Part shown: piece by piece, positions 18,481-27,528 of the stretch
Layout: the number at the start of each line of letters is the position of its first letter
Numbering within the stretch: the stretch's first letter is position 1
Assembly (NCBI GenBank): GCA_964404305.1
Contig: CAYOJP010000001.1
Location: forward strand, 28,663 to 82,939
Direction of reading: 5' to 3'
Length of the DNA: 54,277 bases
Source of the DNA: an uncultured Gammaproteobacteria bacterium
Lineage (GTDB): Bacteria > Pseudomonadota > Gammaproteobacteria > JADZEE01
The notes under the pieces: generated by a model
The model's input: only the letters and a program-made list of their open reading frames with translations
Told to the model about the DNA's origin: nothing
The model's database searches: none
Translations under genes and position numbers: made by a program

Positions 18481-20156
18481 GCAACCAGTCGGGCCAGCAA
18501 GACCTGTTCGCAGCGACCAACGACACCACCACGATGGCAGCGAAGGAACCCAAGGAGAAGGCGCCGAAAGGCGACGGCAGCGGCCGCACCGCCGAGTCGA
18601 TGGCCACGCGCCAGCGCGAGATCTCGGTCAGCGAGTTCTTCACCAAGAACCGCCACCTGCTGGGCTTCGACAGTCCGCGCAAGGCGCTGCTGACCGCGGT
18701 GAAGGAAGCCGTCGACAACAGTCTCGACGCGTGCGAGGAAGCGCGCATCCTGCCGGAGATCCGCGTCGCCATCACGCGCATCGGCACGAGCGAGAAGCAG
18801 TTCACGATGACCGTCGAGGACAACGGGCCGGGCATCGTGAAGGCGCAGGTGCCGCACGTGTTCGGCCGCCTGCTCTACGGCAGCAAGTTCCACCGGCTGC
18901 GCCAGAGCCGCGGCCAGCAGGGCATCGGCATCTCCGCCGCCGGCATGTACGGGCAGATGACCACCGGCGCGCCGACGATCATCCGCTCGCGCATCTCGGC
19001 CAAGCACCCGGCGCTCGACGTCGCGCTGCGCATCGACACCGCCAGGAACCAGCCCGTGCGGCCGCGGCCGGCGCGCGAGTTCGAGTGGGACCGCGAGCAC
19101 GGCACCGAGGTCCTCATCGAACTCGAGGCCGAGTACCGCCGCGGCAGGGGCAGCGTCGACGAGTACCTCGGGCAGGTCGCCATCGCCAACCCGCACGTGA
19201 CGATCCGCTACCGTCCGCCCGACCTCGAGGCGCTCGCGCCGCCGGTGGTCTTCGAGCGCGCCACGAAGCAGGTGCCCGTCCAGCCGCGCGAGATCAAGCC
19301 GCACCCGCACGGCGTCGAGCTCGGCTTCCTGATGAAGATGATGAAGTCGACCGACAGCACCAAGCTGTCGGCCTTCCTCGCGGCCGACTTCTCGCGCGTC
19401 AGCAGCCGCGTCGCGAAGGAGATCTGCGAGCGGGCCGGTCTCGACCCCGCCGCGCGCGTCAAGAGCCTCGAGCACAAGTCGGCCGAGGCGCTCTACAAGG
19501 CGATCGCCGACACGAAGCTGATGAACCCGCCCACCGACTGCGTCTCGCCCATCGGCGAGGAGCTGATCGCCAAGGGCCTGGCCAAGGAGATCGGCGAGGC
19601 GCAGTTCTTCGTCTCGCGCACGCGCGCGCCGGCCGTCTACCGCGGCAATCCCTTCCAGGTCGAGGTCGGGTGCGCGCTCGGCGGCAGCCTGCCGGCCGAC
19701 GAGCCGGTGCGCCTGATGCGCTTCGCCAACCGCGTGCCGCTGCAGCACCAGGCCGGCGCCTGCGCGATCAGCAAGGCCGTGCTCGACGTCGACTGGCGCG
19801 GCTACGGCCTCTCGCAGCCCAAGGGCAGCCTGCCGATCGGCCCGGTGATCTTCATGGTGCACCTCGCCAGCGTCTGGGTGCCCTTCACCTCCGAGAGCAA
19901 GGAGGCCGTGGCGAGCTATCCCGAGATCCTCAAGGAACTCAAGCTCGCGCTGCAGGAATGCGGCCGGCAGATGCAGATCCACCTGCGCCGCCGCGCGCGC
20001 GTCGAGGACGAACTCAAGAAGCGCAGCTACATCGACAAGTACATCCCGCACATCGGCGAGGCGCTGCAGGAGATCCTGGGCCTGAAGGAGACCGAGAAGG
20101 AGGCCGTCGTCTCCAAGCTGCGCGAGACGCTCGAGAAGAGCCGCAAGCTGGGCTGA
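18477..20156 (+). CDS. top6B: DNA topoisomerase VI subunit B (GHKL ATPase + H2TH + transducer)
   Basis: The ATG at 18477 gives a 559 aa protein. Bergerat-fold motifs are present: EAVDNSLDA (N box), EDNGPGI (G1) and GQQGIGISAAGMY (G2). Further matches are PHPHGVELG, the transducer region FANRVPL and a C-terminal helical tail. The track ORF from 18207 is an N-terminal over-extension across mqnA. Confidence 0.92.
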   Translation: MSNQSGQQDLFAATNDTTTMAAKEPKEKAPKGDGSGRTAESMATRQREISVSEFFTKNRHLLGFDSPRKALLTAVKEAVDNSLDACEEARILPEIRVAITRIGTSEKQFTMTVEDNGPGIVKAQVPHVFGRLLYGSKFHRLRQSRGQQGIGISAAGMYGQMTTGAPTIIRSRISAKHPALDVALRIDTARNQPVRPRPAREFEWDREHGTEVLIELEAEYRRGRGSVDEYLGQVAIANPHVTIRYRPPDLEALAPPVVFERATKQVPVQPREIKPHPHGVELGFLMKMMKSTDSTKLSAFLAADFSRVSSRVAKEICERAGLDPAARVKSLEHKSAEALYKAIADTKLMNPPTDCVSPIGEELIAKGLAKEIGEAQFFVSRTRAPAVYRGNPFQVEVGCALGGSLPADEPVRLMRFANRVPLQHQAGACAISKAVLDVDWRGYGLSQPKGSLPIGPVIFMVHLASVWVPFTSESKEAVASYPEILKELKLALQECGRQMQIHLRRRARVEDELKKRSYIDKYIPHIGEALQEILGLKETEKEAVVSKLRETLEKSRKLG

Positions 20157-20200
20157 GGGAGGCCGCCGCGACGCGCACCACGACGACGCTCCCCGAAGCG

Positions 20201-20812
20201 TTGTTCATTTCGGCGCTGTGTTTCGGCTGGGCGGTCGCCTCGTCGCTGCAGGCCGGCGGGGCCGACGCGAGGCTGGCCGAGTTTCGCGACGGCGACTTTC
20301 TCAGGATGGCGGGGCTCGAACTCGCCCTGGCGGGCCTCGCGCTGCTCGTGCTGCGTCTGCGCCGCTTCGACGTGGCCGGCCTGCTGCCGCGCCCGAGCTG
20401 GCGCGGCGCCGCGCAGGGCCTGCTGCTCGGCGCCTGCGGCTGGGCCGCCGGCTGGGCCGTCATGCAGCCCTTCGCCGCCGGCACGGCCGGCGAGGAGGCG
20501 GCGCTCCTGACGGCAGGCCTGTCCCTCTCGCCGCTCACGATCGCGGCCGTCAGCCTCGTCAACGGCACCTACGAGGAGGTCTTTCTGCTGGGCTTCCTCG
20601 CGCGCGGTCTGCGCCAGCGCGGGACACTGCCCGCGCTCGGCGCCCCGCTGCTGGTGCGCGCGCTGTTCCACGGCTACCAAGGGCCGCTGGCCCTGGCTGC
20701 GGTGCTGGTCTTCGGGCTCGTGCTCGGCCTGTGGTATCTGCGCACGGCGGCGCTGTTCCCGGCCGTGCTCGCGCACGTGCTGGCCGACGTCGTCGGCCTG
20801 GCGTGGACCTGA
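20201..20812 (+). CDS. CPBP-family intramembrane glutamic endopeptidase (CAAX protease / bacteriocin-processing family)
   Basis: This is the C-terminal part of track ORF 18401..20812. CPBP motifs are present: NGTYEEVFLLGFLARGL (EExxxR), RALFHGY (FxxxH) and LAHVLADVV (HxxxD/N), with several TM helices. The start is uncertain: TTG at 20201 is in frame, and the ATG at 20306 would delete the first helix. Confidence 0.7.
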   Translation: MFISALCFGWAVASSLQAGGADARLAEFRDGDFLRMAGLELALAGLALLVLRLRRFDVAGLLPRPSWRGAAQGLLLGACGWAAGWAVMQPFAAGTAGEEAALLTAGLSLSPLTIAAVSLVNGTYEEVFLLGFLARGLRQRGTLPALGAPLLVRALFHGYQGPLALAAVLVFGLVLGLWYLRTAALFPAVLAHVLADVVGLAWT

Positions 20813-20818
20813 CCGGGC

Positions 20819-20836
20819 CCCGCGCGCCCGCGCGGG
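20819..20836. terminator. Short GC hairpin (CCCGCG-N6-CGCGGG) in the 25 bp gap between the convergent CPBP and DUF1579 genes
   Basis: The inverted repeat was read directly from the sequence. There is no U-tract, so it is weak as an intrinsic terminator. Confidence 0.2.
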
Positions 20837-20837
20837 A

Positions 20838-21449
20838 CTACTTCCGCCGGTAGCGCGTCTCGACCATCTTGAAGGGCGGGTCGTAGACCGTCGGGCCCTG
20901 GTTGACGAACACCACCGACGAGAGGAACTCGTCGTCGTTCAGCCACTCGATCTCGAACCAGTAGTTCTGGTCGCCGAGCGGCTCGACGTCGCGGCCGTGC
21001 AGGCGGATCACGCCGTCGGCCTCGCGCGTGCCGGCGCCGGTGACGTAGTAGGTGCCGAGCGAGTCGAAGCCCACGACGGTGTACACGTCGTTGCGCCGGT
21101 CGAAGCCGAACATCGAGATGCCCTCGAAGGGCTGACCGAAGAAGTCGCCGTGACTGGTCATGTGCACGAAGCGGCCGTCGAGGACGACGCGGCTGCTGGC
21201 CGTCGCCGCCTGCTTCATCGGCTCGGCGCCGGGCGCCATCCAGATCGAGACCTCGCCCTCCCACTCGCCGGCGAACTTCGCCAGTTCGGCGTGCTCGGGG
21301 CCCGGCTGCGCGAGACGCATCATCTCGGCCATCTGCTCGGGCGTGAGCTGCGCGGGCGCGGGCGCGGGGTCGGCGGCCGGCGGCGCGGCGCAGGCGCACA
21401 GCGCGGCGAGCAGCAGGGCGGGCAGGAACGACGGGCGCGATCGCGGCAT
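20838..21449 (-). CDS. DUF1579-family lipoprotein
   Basis: The ATG at 21449 gives MPRSRPSFLPALLLAALCAC (lipobox). The remainder (GEWEGEVSIWMAPG...GRFVHMTSHGDFFGQPFEGISMFGFD...YWFEIEW) resembles the DUF1579 lipocalin-like family. It lies 53 bp downstream of the kinase gene on the same strand. Confidence 0.6.
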   Translation of the reverse strand: MPRSRPSFLPALLLAALCACAAPPAADPAPAPAQLTPEQMAEMMRLAQPGPEHAELAKFAGEWEGEVSIWMAPGAEPMKQAATASSRVVLDGRFVHMTSHGDFFGQPFEGISMFGFDRRNDVYTVVGFDSLGTYYVTGAGTREADGVIRLHGRDVEPLGDQNYWFEIEWLNDDEFLSSVVFVNQGPTVYDPPFKMVETRYRRK

Positions 21450-21502
21450 GGTCAGGCCTCCGGAAGGGCGAGGGCGAGCATACGCGAACGAGGCGCCCGT
21501 CG

Positions 21503-24454
21503 TCAGGGCCGCGGCGCGAGGCGGGCCTCGAGCGCGTCCAGCAGCGCCGAGAACTCGCCTTCGGCGCGCAGTTCGGCCAGATCCGCGGCGGACTCCAGCA
21601 CGCCGACGTCGTCCCAGCCGGCCTCGATCGCCAAACGCAGCGCGGCCAGTCCCTGCGCGCGCCAGACGGCGGACTCGGCCTGACCGGCGCCCGCCGCCTG
21701 CGCGTACAGCCCCGCCGCGACCCGCAGCGGCCGGGCCTGGCCCGGCAGCAGCTCGACGATCTCCCGGGCGGCGGCGGCGCAGCCGGCGGCATCGTCGAGT
21801 TGCAGGCAGGTCAGTCCGAGGAACCAGGCCGCGTTGAAGGCCGCGCCCTGCCCCGCGGGCTCGTCGGGGTTGCCGGCCAGCGCGAGGCGCGCGCACTCGA
21901 GCGCCTCCTGAAAGCGCCGTCGCGCGCCGGGAAGCTCGCCCGCGCTCCGCTCGACGGCGCCGAGGTTCACCAGGCTGCCGCCCAGCATGCCCTGCAGGCT
22001 CGGCACGTCGGGCGTGTCGCGGATCAGCAGCCGCAGCTCGTCGATCGAGCGCTCCAGCGCGGCCAGCGCCTCGGCCCGACGCTCGGGCTCCTTCAGCAGC
22101 AGCGTGCCGAGATTGTTCCAGCCGGAGGACAGCATCCGGCGCAGCACGACGTGGCGCGGAGCGTGCGCGAGCGCCTGCTCGAGGATCGCGATCGCCTGCC
22201 GGATCCGCGGCTCGACCTCCGCCGGCGCTTCGGTGCCGACCACGATCATGCGCACGCCGGCCGCGCCGAGGGCCCGCTCGGCATCCGCAGCGAGCGCCTC
22301 GAGATGCGGGGCGGACAGCTCCACGGCGCGCCGCACGGCGTCGAGCGCCTCGTCGGGGCGCCCCGCGAGCTTGAGCTGGCCGGCCTGGTTGTTCAGCGCC
22401 GCCACCAGGCTCGCGACGCCGGCCAGTCGTCGGGCCTCATCCGTCGCGCGCGCCAGCAGCGTCTCGTTGCAGGACACGTTCTCGGCGTGCGCGGCCAGCG
22501 CCTCCTCGTCGCGGCCGGCGGCGTGCTCGAGGACCGCGCGCTGGGCGAGCGACTCGACGAGCCGGCGCAGCGCGTCCCAGTCCTGCGGCGCGTCCTCCAC
22601 GCGTCGTCGCCGCACGCGCAGGCCCTCGTCGATCGCCGCCGCGGCCGGCTCGAGCTGCCCGAGTTCGAGCAGCGCGTAGCCGCGCCCCGCCTCGGCGTCG
22701 CCGAGCGACTCGAGCGCGGCGGCGTCCCGCGGGTCGAGCGCCAGCAACTCGCGCGCCAGCGCGGCCTGTCGTGCGAACGCCTCGCCGGCCTCGGGATTGC
22801 GGCCCAGCTGCACGAGCAGGAACGCGCAGCGCGCCGAGGCGCGCGCGACGAGCCGCTTCAGGGCCGGATCGTCGGTGCGCTCGGACAGGAACTCCTCGTA
22901 GAAGGCCAGCGCGCTCTCGAGCAGCCGGCGGCGCACGGGCTGCAGATCGGGCACGTGCAGCAGGTCCTCCTCGGCCACCTGGGTGAGCAGCACGTCCACG
23001 GCGGCCTGGGCGCGCGCGAAATTGGCCTCGGCGCGCGCGCGCTGGATCTCGGTCTCGTCGTACGCGCGGCCGATCTCCCGCGCCGCGCGCCGCTGCTGGA
23101 AGGCGTAGGCGCCCGGACCGCCGACGACGAGCAGCAGGCCGGCGGCGAGGCCCACGCTGGCCGCGGGATGGCGCTGCGTCCAGCGGCGCAGCCGCAGCAG
23201 CGGGCCCGGGCGCCGCGCGTGCACCGGGCGCCGGGCGAGCGCGTTGTCGAGGTCCTCGGCGAAGGCGCGCGCGCTCGCGTAGCGGCGCTCGCGGTCGCGG
23301 TCCATGGCCTTCAGGCAGACGGTCTCGGCGTCGCGCGGCACCGCGGCGTTGAGCTCGCGCGGCGCGATGACGCGCCCGTCGAGGATGCGCCGGCGCGTGG
23401 CCTCGACGTCGCCCCCGGCGAAGGGCGAGCGCAGCGTGAGCAGCTCGTACAGCGTGGCGCCGAGCGCGTAGACGTCGCTGCGGGCGTCGAGACCGGCATG
23501 CTCGCCGCGCACCTGCTCGGGCGACATCCACGCCAGCGACCCGAGCTGCGCGCCGGTGCCCGTGAGCCGCGCGCTGCCCGCCGCGCTCGCCAGGCCGAAG
23601 TCGAGCAGCAGCACGCGACCCTCCGCCGTCAGCATGATGTTGCTGGGCTTGACGTCGCGATGCAGCACGCCCCGTTCGTGCGCGTGCTGCAGCGCGTCGG
23701 CCACGGCGCGCGCCACGCGCAGGCAGACCGTCGGCCACGCGCCGGCGAACAGCGTCGCGGCCGCGCGCGAACCGCTGCCGCCCTCCGTCCCGCTCTCCCG
23801 GCCCGCGGCGCGCTCGACGGCCGCGAGCAGGTCGGCCCCGCCCAGCCGCGCCGGGTCGCGCCCGGCGAAGGCGCGCAGCAGGTCCTCGAGGGAGGCGCCG
23901 CGCACGCGCTCCATCGCGTAGTACGGGATGCCGTGCTCCTCGCCGCCCGCGTGCACCGGCACGATGCCCGGATGCGCAAGCCGTGCCACCGCCTCCACCT
24001 CGCGGGCGAAGCGTTCGCGCGCGCCCGGGAAGTGCAGCAGGTCGGGACGCACGAGCTTGAGCGCGACCTCGCGCTGCAGGCCGACCTGCTCGGCGAGGAA
24101 GACCACGCCCATGCCGCCCCCGCCGAGGCGCGAGAGGATCCGGAAGCCGCCGATGCGTTCGGGCAGCGGCGCCGCGCCCGTCGTCGCCCCCGCGAAACCG
24201 ATCGCGCGCAACTGCTCGATGCGCGAACGCAGCGCGGAGGCGCGGTCCGGGTGCGCGCGGCAGACCTCTTCGAGCGCCGCCGGCCCCTCGCGATCGAGGC
24301 GCTCGAGGGCCGCGGCCACGAGGTCGGAGAGCGACGCCGAGTCGTCCGACTCCGGCCGCGGCGCCGCCTCGTGCTCGGCCGAATCCAAGGGATGATCCGT
24401 GGGGTGACCCGTGGGCGCGGACCGCGATCCGGCGCCGCGCGCGCACTCTAGCAC
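21503..24454 (-). CDS. Ser/Thr protein kinase with one TM helix and a long TPR-like C-terminal region
   Basis: The 983 aa ORF has a GTG start. Hanks motifs are present: LGGGGMGVVFLAEQ, ALKLV, LHRDVKPSNIML, DFGLA and SPEQ. A TM helix (SVGLAAGLLLVVGGPGAYAF) is followed by a repetitive Ala/Leu-rich helical repeat region. Confidence 0.9.
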   Translation of the reverse strand: MLECARGAGSRSAPTGHPTDHPLDSAEHEAAPRPESDDSASLSDLVAAALERLDREGPAALEEVCRAHPDRASALRSRIEQLRAIGFAGATTGAAPLPERIGGFRILSRLGGGGMGVVFLAEQVGLQREVALKLVRPDLLHFPGARERFAREVEAVARLAHPGIVPVHAGGEEHGIPYYAMERVRGASLEDLLRAFAGRDPARLGGADLLAAVERAAGRESGTEGGSGSRAAATLFAGAWPTVCLRVARAVADALQHAHERGVLHRDVKPSNIMLTAEGRVLLLDFGLASAAGSARLTGTGAQLGSLAWMSPEQVRGEHAGLDARSDVYALGATLYELLTLRSPFAGGDVEATRRRILDGRVIAPRELNAAVPRDAETVCLKAMDRDRERRYASARAFAEDLDNALARRPVHARRPGPLLRLRRWTQRHPAASVGLAAGLLLVVGGPGAYAFQQRRAAREIGRAYDETEIQRARAEANFARAQAAVDVLLTQVAEEDLLHVPDLQPVRRRLLESALAFYEEFLSERTDDPALKRLVARASARCAFLLVQLGRNPEAGEAFARQAALARELLALDPRDAAALESLGDAEAGRGYALLELGQLEPAAAAIDEGLRVRRRRVEDAPQDWDALRRLVESLAQRAVLEHAAGRDEEALAAHAENVSCNETLLARATDEARRLAGVASLVAALNNQAGQLKLAGRPDEALDAVRRAVELSAPHLEALAADAERALGAAGVRMIVVGTEAPAEVEPRIRQAIAILEQALAHAPRHVVLRRMLSSGWNNLGTLLLKEPERRAEALAALERSIDELRLLIRDTPDVPSLQGMLGGSLVNLGAVERSAGELPGARRRFQEALECARLALAGNPDEPAGQGAAFNAAWFLGLTCLQLDDAAGCAAAAREIVELLPGQARPLRVAAGLYAQAAGAGQAESAVWRAQGLAALRLAIEAGWDDVGVLESAADLAELRAEGEFSALLDALEARLAPRP

Positions 24455-24475
24455 GCCGTCCGCCGCGTTCCGGGC

Positions 24476-25090
24476 TCAGCCCGGTTCGGCGCGGCCCTGC
24501 CGCTCGAGCGCCTTGGCCAGCCGCGCCAGCGCGCGGAACAACTGCTGTCGCGCGGCGGCTTCGCTGCAGCCCAGCTGCGCGCCGATCTCGCCGCCGGAGA
24601 GTCCCGCGATGCGCGACATGACCACGATCTCGCGGTCGTGCTCGTCCAGCGTCTCGAAGGCGCGCTCGATGCGCTCCATCGTCTCGCGGCCCGCGGCAAG
24701 CGCGCTCGGCGAGCAGAAGGAGCGGTAGACGTCGAGGACCTGCGTGTCGCCCTCCGCGCCGCGCGCGTGCAGCGGCACCTCGCGCCCGGCGTCGCGGCGC
24801 TGCGCCTGCCAGAAGTCGGCCCGGTCGGCCAGCTTGCGCGCGGTCGTGGCGTAGAGCCAGGCGCGGAAACCGGCCTCGCCGTTCCAGCGGAAGCGGTCGA
24901 CGTGCGCCAGGACCTCGCGGCAGGCCGACTGCACGATGTCGCTGGCCGACTCGCGCGCGCGCAGCGCGGGACCGCAGCGCAGCCGCACCCAGGCGCGCAG
25001 CGCCGGCAGGTTCTCCGCGAGCAGCTCCTCGACCGCCCGGCCGTCGCCCCGCGTGGCGCGCTCGACGAGCTCCTGGCTGGGCGGGGGCAT
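24476..25090 (-). CDS. ECF-type RNA polymerase sigma-70 factor (kinase-associated)
   Basis: The ATG at 25090 gives a 204 aa protein. The sigma-2 region reads DIVQSACREVLAHVDRF...FRAWLYATTARKLAD. The sigma-4 HTH reads REIVVMSRIAGLSGGEIGAQLGCSEAAARQQLFRALARL. It is 21 bp upstream of the kinase gene. The rest of track ORF 24476..26716 is antisense to eutB. Confidence 0.85.
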   Translation of the reverse strand: MPPPSQELVERATRGDGRAVEELLAENLPALRAWVRLRCGPALRARESASDIVQSACREVLAHVDRFRWNGEAGFRAWLYATTARKLADRADFWQAQRRDAGREVPLHARGAEGDTQVLDVYRSFCSPSALAAGRETMERIERAFETLDEHDREIVVMSRIAGLSGGEIGAQLGCSEAAARQQLFRALARLAKALERQGRAEPG

Positions 25091-25252
25091 GGCGGACGGG
25101 ACCGGCGACGAGGTGCCTGGGGGCGACGTCGCACATCGTATCCGGCCGTGCCGGCAGGGGGACGGCGCGACGGGCGGCGCCCTCGTTGCGCGGAGCGCCG
25201 CCCGCCCAGTAGCCTCGCCCGCCTCGGTCTCCCTCGACACAAGGATGAGCGC

Positions 25253-26614
25253 GTGCGGCTCGCGGCCACGATCCGGGGAACGACGCACCGCTTCGGCGAC
25301 GTGAAGGAGGTGCTCGCGAAGGCCAACGCCGTCAAGAGCGGCGACCGCCTCGCCGGCCTGGCCGCGCGCGACGCCGTCGAGCGCGTGGCGGCGCGCGCGG
25401 TGCTCGCCGAACTGACGCTGGCCGAGCTGCGCGCGCATCCGGTCGTGCCCTACGAGGAGGACGCGCTCACGCGTCTCGTCGAGGACGCGCTCGACGAAAA
25501 CGCCTTCCGCGCCGTCGCGCACCTGAGCGTCGGCCAGTTCCGCGAGTGGCTGCTCGACACGGCGACGGACGGCGCGACGATCCGCTCGGTCGCCGCCGGC
25601 CTCACGCCCGAGATGGCGGCCGCCGTCGCCAAGCTCATGTCGAACATGGACCTCGCCGTCGCCGGCGCCAAGTGCGAGGTCGTCGTGCGCGCCAACAACA
25701 CGCTCGGCCTGCCGGGGCGACTGTCCTCGCGCGTGCAGCCCAACCACCCCGCCGACGACGTGACCGGCATCCTGCTCTCGGCGCGCGAGGGCCTCGCCTA
25801 CGGCTGCGGCGACGCCGTGCTCGGCGTGAACCCGGCCACCGACAGCGCCACCTCGACCGCCGCGATCCTGCGCGCGCTGCACGCGCTGCGCGAGCGCCTC
25901 GCCCTCCCCACCCAGCACTGCGTGCTGTCCCACGTCACGACGCAGATGGAGGCGCTCGGCGCGGGCTGCCCGATGGACCTGATGTTCCAGTCGCTGGCCG
26001 GCACCGAGGCGGCCAACGCCGCCTTCGGCATCTCGGTCGGGCTCATGGACGAGGCCTTTGCGCAGATGGCCGAGCAGCGCACGAGCGCGGGGCCGAACTT
26101 CATGTACTTCGAGACCGGCCAAGGCAGCGAACTGTCGAGCGCCGCCCACCACGGCGCCGACCAGGTCACGCTCGAGGCCCGCTGCTACGGCTTCGCGCGG
26201 CGCTACCGGCCCTTCCTCGTGAACACCGTGGTCGGGTTCATCGGGCCCGAGTATCTCGAGAACGGCCCGCAGATCACGCGCGCCGCGCTCGAGGACCACT
26301 TCATGGGCAAGCTGCTCGGCCTGCCGATGGGCGCCGACGCCTGCTTCACCTACCACGCCGACATGAGCCAGGACGAGCTGGAGTCGCTCAAGATCCTGCT
26401 CGGCGCGGCGGGTTGCGCGTATCTCATGGCGCTGCCCGTCGGCGACGACATCATGCTCAACTACCAGTCGACCTCGTATCACGACATCCCGTCGCTGCGC
26501 CGGCTGCTCGGCCGGCGGCCGGCGCCGGAGTTCGACGCCTGGCTCTCCGAACGCGGCATCCTGGACGGCGAGGCGCCCGGCCCGCACTTCGGCGACGCGG
26601 AGCGCCTCGCATGA
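25253..26614 (+). CDS. eutB: Ethanolamine ammonia-lyase large subunit
   Basis: The GTG at 25253 is preceded by AAGGA and gives 453 aa, the same length as E. coli EutB as I recall it. The match is collinear: FGDVKEVLAKANAVKSGDRLAG, GLTPEMAAAVAKLMSN, GDAVLGVNP, YFETGQGSELS, ADQVTLEARCYG, NTVVGFIGPEYL, LEDHFMGKL and GDDIMLNYQSTSYHD. Confidence 0.93.
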   Translation: MRLAATIRGTTHRFGDVKEVLAKANAVKSGDRLAGLAARDAVERVAARAVLAELTLAELRAHPVVPYEEDALTRLVEDALDENAFRAVAHLSVGQFREWLLDTATDGATIRSVAAGLTPEMAAAVAKLMSNMDLAVAGAKCEVVVRANNTLGLPGRLSSRVQPNHPADDVTGILLSAREGLAYGCGDAVLGVNPATDSATSTAAILRALHALRERLALPTQHCVLSHVTTQMEALGAGCPMDLMFQSLAGTEAANAAFGISVGLMDEAFAQMAEQRTSAGPNFMYFETGQGSELSSAAHHGADQVTLEARCYGFARRYRPFLVNTVVGFIGPEYLENGPQITRAALEDHFMGKLLGLPMGADACFTYHADMSQDELESLKILLGAAGCAYLMALPVGDDIMLNYQSTSYHDIPSLRRLLGRRPAPEFDAWLSERGILDGEAPGPHFGDAERLA

Positions 26615-27528
26615 GCACCACGCGCGCGCTCGTGGCCCGCCTGCGCCGGCAACTCGGCCTGGACGACCCGCTCGGCGCGCCGCCGCCCGCCACGCGGATC
26701 GAGGCGCCGCCGACACGCGTGTTCCCGACGGAGCGCTCCTCGGTGCCCGGCTTCGCGGCGCAGGCCGCGCGCCACACGACCGCGCTGCTCGGCATCGGCC
26801 ACGTCGGCACGCGCTACGCCACCGACGTGCTGCTGCAGTTCCAGGCCGAGCTGGCCGTGGCGCACGACGCGGTGGCGGCCACGCTGCCCGAGGGCTGGCC
26901 CGAGGAGCACGGCCTGCTCGCGCTTTCCAGCCGCGTGGCCGACCACCGCGAGTTCCTGCTGCGGCCCGACCTGGGTCGGCGGCTCGACGAGGCCTCGCGG
27001 GATCGCCTGCGCACGGAGGCCCGGCACGACGTCGACGTGCAGCCGATCCTCGCCGACGGCCTCTCGGCCGTGGCCTGCATGGGTTCGGGCCCCGCGCTGC
27101 TCGAGCACTTCAGCGCGGCCTGCGCGGCGCGCGGCCTGTCGGTCGGCACGCCGCTCTGCGCCCGCTACGCCCGCGTCTGGCTGCAGGACGAGATCGGCGC
27201 GGCGGTCGGGGCGAAGGTCGCGGCCATCCTGCTCGGCGAACGTCCCGGGCTCGGCACCGGCGACGGGCTCTCGGCCTATCTCGTGCACGATCCGCGCGTC
27301 GGGCGCACCGACGGCGACCGCAACATGCTGTCGAACATCCACGCGCGCGGCACGCCGCCCGAGGCGGCCGCCGGCCAGCTGGCGCTGCTCGCGTCGGCCA
27401 TGATCGAGCAGGGCACGTCCGGCGTCGCGCTCGACCTCTCGCGGCTGCGCGACCGGCTCGGCGACGCGGCGCGCCGCGGCTATCGCACGCCGCAGCCGCG
27501 CGCGCGCCTCGTGCAGGTGCCGCGCTGA
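26611..27528 (+). CDS. eutC: Ethanolamine ammonia-lyase small subunit
   Basis: The ATG at 26611 overlaps the eutB stop (ATGA) and gives 305 aa. Conserved motifs are LLRPDLGRRL, ADGLSAVA, ILLGERPGLG and LSNIHARGTPPEAAA. Confidence 0.88.
   Translation: MSTTRALVARLRRQLGLDDPLGAPPPATRIEAPPTRVFPTERSSVPGFAAQAARHTTALLGIGHVGTRYATDVLLQFQAELAVAHDAVAATLPEGWPEEHGLLALSSRVADHREFLLRPDLGRRLDEASRDRLRTEARHDVDVQPILADGLSAVACMGSGPALLEHFSAACAARGLSVGTPLCARYARVWLQDEIGAAVGAKVAAILLGERPGLGTGDGLSAYLVHDPRVGRTDGDRNMLSNIHARGTPPEAAAGQLALLASAMIEQGTSGVALDLSRLRDRLGDAARRGYRTPQPRARLVQVPR

Noticed and set aside
21800-25136. 883 aa + strand and 899 aa - strand ORFs overlapping the TPR kinase and sigma genes
   Set aside because: They have shadow-ORF composition. 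The kinase frame carries all Hanks motifs, whereas these carry none.
24476-26716. 746 aa - strand ORF
   Set aside because: Only its last 204 aa form the ECF sigma factor. The remainder is antisense to eutB, which matches EutB along its full length.
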